From: a virus
Taxonomy: Duplodnaviria > Caudoviricetes
DNA length: 29,076 bases
Virus record (IMG/VR): IMGVR_UViG_3300022822_000068
Span: 1 to 29,076 of that record
Strand: one strand, 5' to 3'
In this document: piece by piece, positions 24,276-29,076 of the stretch
Layout of the letters: the number at the start of each line of letters is the position of its first letter
Position numbering within the stretch: the first letter of the stretch is position 1
Notes under the pieces: generated by a model
The model's input: only the letters and a program-made list of their open reading frames with translations
The model's database searches: none
What the model was told of the DNA's origin: nothing
Program-made: the position numbers and the translations under genes

Positions 24276-26869
24276 TGGCAAGTACTTTAATTTTAACTTT
24301 TAGTGAAACTACGGATGTTTTATTAAATGAAACAATATTTGTAAGAATAAATGACGGAGTTTCCGTAATTAACTTGCAAGAAGTCTTTAAAACACAAAGA
24401 TTTAGAGTAGGTCAATCCCCTATACCAGACCCTTATGACCCTGTTATTGCGGCTCAAAACTTTTCATTTGCATGGAGGTTGGATTACTACAATACTGGTA
24501 GTAACGGCTCTTTAGACGCTACATCTGACTCCAATATTGTAACGATAACACTTAACAATAGTGATTGGCAAATAGAAGAACCAACAGGAACTTCAATTTC
24601 AAACAACAGCATTACCTACTCTATAAATAATGAAGCGGTAACTGTAGAGAAATCATTAACCATAGATGAGTATGCAACAAATCCTTCAAATAAGTGTACT
24701 AAAGCAAATGTAACATTAACCGCTAAAGGGGGTGACAATTCATATAATATATACATAGATAATGTTTTAGTAGCTTCCGATGAAGAAAGCCCATTTACTT
24801 TAGTTGTAGATAGAGGTAGGCAAAGCTCTATTAGAGTTGTAGATATGTCAAATACGAATATAGGGTCTGTTGTCACTCAATCTTTAAGGCGTTTAATCAG
24901 CAACGACATAAGTGCGTCTATATTGAACACTTCAAATGGTGCTACAATTAACGTATCTGTTACATTTATATCTTCTGAAATATCATCTTACGAATACTCT
25001 TTAGACGATGTAACATATCAAGATTCAAATACATTTACAGGTCAAGAAAATGGATCTTATACTATTTACGTTAAAGATGGTTTTGGGTGTGTTACTGAAA
25101 GACAGATAATTGTTGACGGAAGTACTGCTGTTACAGAAACAATATTTGATGTTTCAGAGATAAACTCTTTAAGGTTTTCTAAGTATGATTTAGGTAAAAA
25201 GAACCAAAAAAACACATTAAGCAACAACGAGTTAAGGTTAAAAAACTACACTTATTATCAACAATTCTTAGAAAATGATGTTATTACAACTCAATTTAAA
25301 ACAAATGCAAAGTATATAAACTGTTTTTCTTTTAATAAAAACACAAGAAAAACATTATCTAAAGAAAACGAAATATTATGGAGTGGAGATAAGGAGAATG
25401 AGGTATGGTTTAATAAAGGATTAGATATAACAGATAATAGAACCGTAGCCAACGGAGATAATCAACACTACTTAAGTCAGGATATTTTAAAAAACCAAGA
25501 AAAAACAATATACACTACTTCTTTTAGATTTAAACCACAGGAATACAATGTAATATCTTTATTAGTAATAAATACAGAGGGTAGTAACGGTGATTATCAA
25601 ACTAAATTCGATTCAAGAGATAATTCTTTTAATGAAGATTTTATTTTTGGAGGTATGACTTTTATAGAACAAGGTTTCTCGATAGAGGATGATGGATTTA
25701 TAAGGGTTTTTGTAACCTTAGATATGGGTTCTTCTACCAAGTTTCAGTCTAGGTTTATGATAGCAGATGATTCTTATAGCACTTCTTTTTCAGGAACAAG
25801 TGTTAACGGTATTTATACTAGTGGTCTTTTAATGAAAGACTTTCAAGTTCAAACAGGAAATCTAGGCGAGTATGTACAAACAGGCTCTAGTAAAATTAAG
25901 ACAGAGTCTAGTTTTGGGGATTTATTGACTACTATTAAAAAAACCAATAATATTGGTCTTAAACAAAAGTCTACAAGTACTTACTTTGACTTAGGTAACG
26001 GCAGAAGTGGAATATACTTTGGAGTTGTTGATTTATTAGATTATTTAACAGACGAATTTGTAGAAACTGTTAATTATGGTTTTGCACTACCTCAATGGGC
26101 TAGTGTAGAAGGTGCTTTGGTAACAATAGATGGAATTGGTCAAGTACCAATAGATGGTATATCTTATTCAGAAACGTACAGTAGCTTTGTTTTGCAATTT
26201 AACATTGCATATACAGGAAGCAATATAAATAATAAAATAATTTCAGCAGAATATAATTTACAACCTTATGAGATTTACGAATTTAATGTAAATGTAACAG
26301 ATGATTTTAATGTAGTTATTGAAGCAGGTGTTAGTAGCAATGATATAGATTTTACATACATATCTGAATGTGTGAAAAAGGTAGAAGACAGTGAGTTTCT
26401 TTTCGATATAACATATTGGGATGAAGAAAACAAAGGGGCAATGAACTATCAAACAGGGATAAGACACAAGTTAAGACTTAATGGTTATCAAGACTACATA
26501 GGAGAACAGGAAACACAGGGCTATAATGGAGACAAGGAGTTTTACGTAACAGATAATGTTGTTTATGATGTTCAGAAATTTACATTTAATAGACTAAGTA
26601 GTCAAATGGCAAGTAAGTTGAGATTGGTCGTTGCTCATAGTAACATACTTATAAACGGTCTTTTTTATAAATTATCAGAAGCACCAGATGTAAGTGGAGA
26701 TGGAAATTTTAATTTAAAAATATTTTCCGTAAATTTGAAGCAAAGTGGAGAGCAATTCTTGACAACGGAACAAGAGAATATTACAAACACACCAGAAGAC
26801 GCAGAATTAATCATTGCATTAGCTTCTGCAAAAGAAAAAGGAATTTTATCTTGGACTAAAAATTATTAA
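24275..26869 (+). CDS. Tail tip protein with SprB-like repeats and an inserted carbohydrate-binding-like domain
   Basis: YEYSLDDVTYQDSNTFTGQENGSYTIYVKDGFGC; internal NEILWS...W ... QTGNLGEYVQTG module. Confidence 0.6.
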   Translation: MASTLILTFSETTDVLLNETIFVRINDGVSVINLQEVFKTQRFRVGQSPIPDPYDPVIAAQNFSFAWRLDYYNTGSNGSLDATSDSNIVTITLNNSDWQIEEPTGTSISNNSITYSINNEAVTVEKSLTIDEYATNPSNKCTKANVTLTAKGGDNSYNIYIDNVLVASDEESPFTLVVDRGRQSSIRVVDMSNTNIGSVVTQSLRRLISNDISASILNTSNGATINVSVTFISSEISSYEYSLDDVTYQDSNTFTGQENGSYTIYVKDGFGCVTERQIIVDGSTAVTETIFDVSEINSLRFSKYDLGKKNQKNTLSNNELRLKNYTYYQQFLENDVITTQFKTNAKYINCFSFNKNTRKTLSKENEILWSGDKENEVWFNKGLDITDNRTVANGDNQHYLSQDILKNQEKTIYTTSFRFKPQEYNVISLLVINTEGSNGDYQTKFDSRDNSFNEDFIFGGMTFIEQGFSIEDDGFIRVFVTLDMGSSTKFQSRFMIADDSYSTSFSGTSVNGIYTSGLLMKDFQVQTGNLGEYVQTGSSKIKTESSFGDLLTTIKKTNNIGLKQKSTSTYFDLGNGRSGIYFGVVDLLDYLTDEFVETVNYGFALPQWASVEGALVTIDGIGQVPIDGISYSETYSSFVLQFNIAYTGSNINNKIISAEYNLQPYEIYEFNVNVTDDFNVVIEAGVSSNDIDFTYISECVKKVEDSEFLFDITYWDEENKGAMNYQTGIRHKLRLNGYQDYIGEQETQGYNGDKEFYVTDNVVYDVQKFTFNRLSSQMASKLRLVVAHSNILINGLFYKLSEAPDVSGDGNFNLKIFSVNLKQSGEQFLTTEQENITNTPEDAELIIALASAKEKGILSWTKNY

Positions 26870-26870
26870 T

Positions 26871-29076
26871 ATGGCAACAGACACTCAATTAGCACAAATA
26901 TTACAAATAATTGGAAACTCTAAATTATTTAGCGAATTATCAGAACAAACTGTACTAACAGACGATAGTTTTTTTGCAAGTATAAATACGGGTACAGAAG
27001 ATGCTAAGAAAATAAAAATACCTTTATTAAGAGGATTTAGCGGAGATTGGAACGCAGATACAAATACACCTAATCTATCAAATGGATCAGGTGTTTCTGG
27101 AACTGTTTATAAAATTAATGTTGCAGGTAGTCAGGATTTAGGAAATGGAACTGTAGATTATGTTGTAGATCAACTTATATATTATAATAGTTCTCAATGG
27201 GTGAAACTAAGTCAATCTAAAATATCTGACATAACGGGTCTTCGAGAGGAACTAGATACTCTTCAAGAAAATATTGACGCAGAAGCTATTACTAGAGGTG
27301 ACGCAGATACAACTTTACAAACAAACATTAACAACGTAGAGCAAAGCCTTGAAGATAATGTTCAAGCTGAACAAGATGCAAGGATTGCAGAAGATATTGT
27401 TTTACAGGAAAACATAGATACAGAATCAACCACTAGAAGTGATGCAGATGTAGCCTTACAGGGCAATATAGATGCAGAAGCTTCTACTAGACAAAGTTCA
27501 GATACTACTTTACAATCTAACATTGATTTAAAAATAGATATTGCAAGTATTGTAGACAACGTAACCGCTGGGGGTTCTGGCGTTCCTTTATCAGCAGAAC
27601 AAGGAAAAGTGCTAAAAGCTGAAATACTAGCCTTAGAGGGTTCTTTAATACCGCAAGGCAATTGGGATGCAGACACAAATACGCCAGATATTTCAGGAAC
27701 GACTGAAACAGGTTATTTTTGGATAGTATCGATTGAAGGTTCCACAGATATTGGTGGAATTACTGATTGGAAAGTAAATGATTGGGTAATAAAAACCGCT
27801 GATGGTTTTGCTAAAATTGACAATACTGATAAAGTTATTAGTGTATCTGGTAAAATTGGTGAAGTTGTTTTAGCTAAAGCAGATGTAGGATTGTCTAATG
27901 TAGATAATACAACGGATGCAAATAAACCTATTTCAACCGCACAACAAAACGCCTTAGATTTAAAAGCAAATTTAGCGGGAGGTAACACTATAACAGGAGA
28001 ACAAAAACATAATAATTCAGGAACAGGAACAGCAATAGATGTAAATAATACAAGTACAGGTACGGGTATTGATGTATTAAACAATTTAGGAGGTTTTGGT
28101 TTATATGTAAATAATAACGGAACAGGAAGTGCTATTGAGGTAGCGGGTACAAGTTCGGGTTTTAATTTCGTTGGAAAAGACAATGCGGTAAACACTTTTA
28201 CAGTAGATAAAGAGGGTAATGTTATAGGTTTAAGTTTTTCTGGAGATGGTTCTTTATTGACCAATATGCCTGTAAGTTCGGCACAACAAACCGCTTTAGA
28301 TTTAAAAGCAAATAAAGCTTCACCAAGTTTTACAGGAGATGCCACCTTTGAGAGTAATATTAATACTGCTGGTGACGGTAATTTTAACGATTTAATTGTT
28401 GGTAGAGCAGAAAGCGGTGGAACCGATAGTGGTAATTTATATTTTTCCGAAGATAGGGATTTTGCTTGGGGGGTTGTTGGTTTTGGAGGTTTTCGTTTTA
28501 ATTTAAATGGTGCAACAAACGACTTAAAATTTCAATCAAGGGTTGGCACATCAACGGCAAAAGATATTTTTACAGTTAATAGAGATAATGCTGACTTTCT
28601 TGTTCATAATGACTTCGAAACAACAGGCAACGCCACTTTTGGGGGTGATGTAGAAATAGACAAAGGTGATTTAAGTAGGTTGAGGATTTCAGGGAATGGA
28701 AATAATGGTGCTGATAACGAGTTTGGGACTATTGAATTTTTCAACAAAGATACATCTGGTTCTTCTCCTAACGTAGCTTCTTCAATAAAAGCTTTATCTT
28801 CATCTTCTACAGGTTCAGGTGGGTTTTTAACCTTCTCTACAAGTGTAGGAAATGAAGCGGAGGGAACTGATGCAATCGAAAGGATGCGTATTGATGCAAA
28901 CGGCGATTTCGACTTCAAGTCAGGCAACGCCACTTTTGGGGGTGATGTATCTTTATTGTCAGGTTACACTTCTACAGGTGTATATCCTGTAGAAAAAGGT
29001 ATTACGTTTCAAACAACGAACGGAAGTAGTGTATGGAAAACAGGTGAGATATTAGGTTATGTAAAAGCAAACAATG
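26871..29076 (+). CDS. Tail fibre / receptor-binding protein, 3' partial (absent from ORF track, runs off window)
   Basis: Open from ATG 26871 to window end: MATDTQLAQILQII...; two W(N/D)ADTNTP domains, 18-aa coiled-coil repeats, KADVGLSNVDNTTDANKPISTAQQNALDLK fibre motif, ERMRIDANG. Confidence 0.9.
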   Translation, partial: MATDTQLAQILQIIGNSKLFSELSEQTVLTDDSFFASINTGTEDAKKIKIPLLRGFSGDWNADTNTPNLSNGSGVSGTVYKINVAGSQDLGNGTVDYVVDQLIYYNSSQWVKLSQSKISDITGLREELDTLQENIDAEAITRGDADTTLQTNINNVEQSLEDNVQAEQDARIAEDIVLQENIDTESTTRSDADVALQGNIDAEASTRQSSDTTLQSNIDLKIDIASIVDNVTAGGSGVPLSAEQGKVLKAEILALEGSLIPQGNWDADTNTPDISGTTETGYFWIVSIEGSTDIGGITDWKVNDWVIKTADGFAKIDNTDKVISVSGKIGEVVLAKADVGLSNVDNTTDANKPISTAQQNALDLKANLAGGNTITGEQKHNNSGTGTAIDVNNTSTGTGIDVLNNLGGFGLYVNNNGTGSAIEVAGTSSGFNFVGKDNAVNTFTVDKEGNVIGLSFSGDGSLLTNMPVSSAQQTALDLKANKASPSFTGDATFESNINTAGDGNFNDLIVGRAESGGTDSGNLYFSEDRDFAWGVVGFGGFRFNLNGATNDLKFQSRVGTSTAKDIFTVNRDNADFLVHNDFETTGNATFGGDVEIDKGDLSRLRISGNGNNGADNEFGTIEFFNKDTSGSSPNVASSIKALSSSSTGSGGFLTFSTSVGNEAEGTDAIERMRIDANGDFDFKSGNATFGGDVSLLSGYTSTGVYPVEKGITFQTTNGSSVWKTGEILGYVKANN
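27939..28313 (+). repeat. 33-bp near-identical direct repeat (27939-27971 and 28281-28313)
   Basis: GCACAACAAA(A/C)CGC(C/T)TTAGATTTAAAAGCAAAT, 31/33 identical, 342 bp apart (in frame). Confidence 0.85.
28624..28949 (+). repeat. 29-bp perfect direct repeat (28624-28652 and 28921-28949)
   Basis: CAGGCAACGCCACTTTTGGGGGTGATGTA twice, 297 bp apart (in frame), encoding GNATFGGDV. Confidence 0.9.

Noticed and set aside
27362-28933. Minus-strand ORFs (27362..27676, 27713..28345, 28604..28933) and other antisense ORFs in the track
   Set aside because: They are shadows of well-supported + strand genes and have no recognisable motifs
28624-28949. CRISPR array, DGR template/variable repeat or invertible-segment sites
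   Set aside because: Only two direct in-frame copies 297 bp apart, no adenine-specific mismatches, no inverted copies, and no cas, reverse transcriptase or invertase gene in the window

Overview
This is an AT-rich, densely coding segment of a tailed dsDNA phage or prophage, with every credible gene on the + strand. A tape measure gene without a sheath gene suggests a siphovirus, and TAnnTTTG promoter boxes suggest a Bacteroidota (Flavobacteriia-like) host. From left to right it holds an HNH endonuclease, small accessory genes, a stand-alone 624-aa virion-like repeat protein and a nucleotide-processing cluster (cREC-type receiver domain, all-alpha NTP-PPase-like protein, MazG). The morphogenesis module follows: terminase large subunit, DNA methyltransferase, portal, scaffold, major capsid, decoration and adaptor proteins, tail tube, an inserted metallophosphoesterase, tape measure, two large tail-tip proteins and a tail fibre that runs off the right end. 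The most notable signal is that the tail tube gene ends in the only TGA among the called genes. That stop is flanked by identical GTT codons and followed in frame by a Pro linker and a LamG/ConA lectin domain, which suggests programmed stop-codon readthrough or hopping. Other signals are near-identical DNA repeats bounding tail fibre modules, a structured 5' leader before the tail chaperone/tape measure genes, and several glycan-binding or SprB-like domains in virion proteins. All product calls come from motif recognition and gene order; no database search was run.
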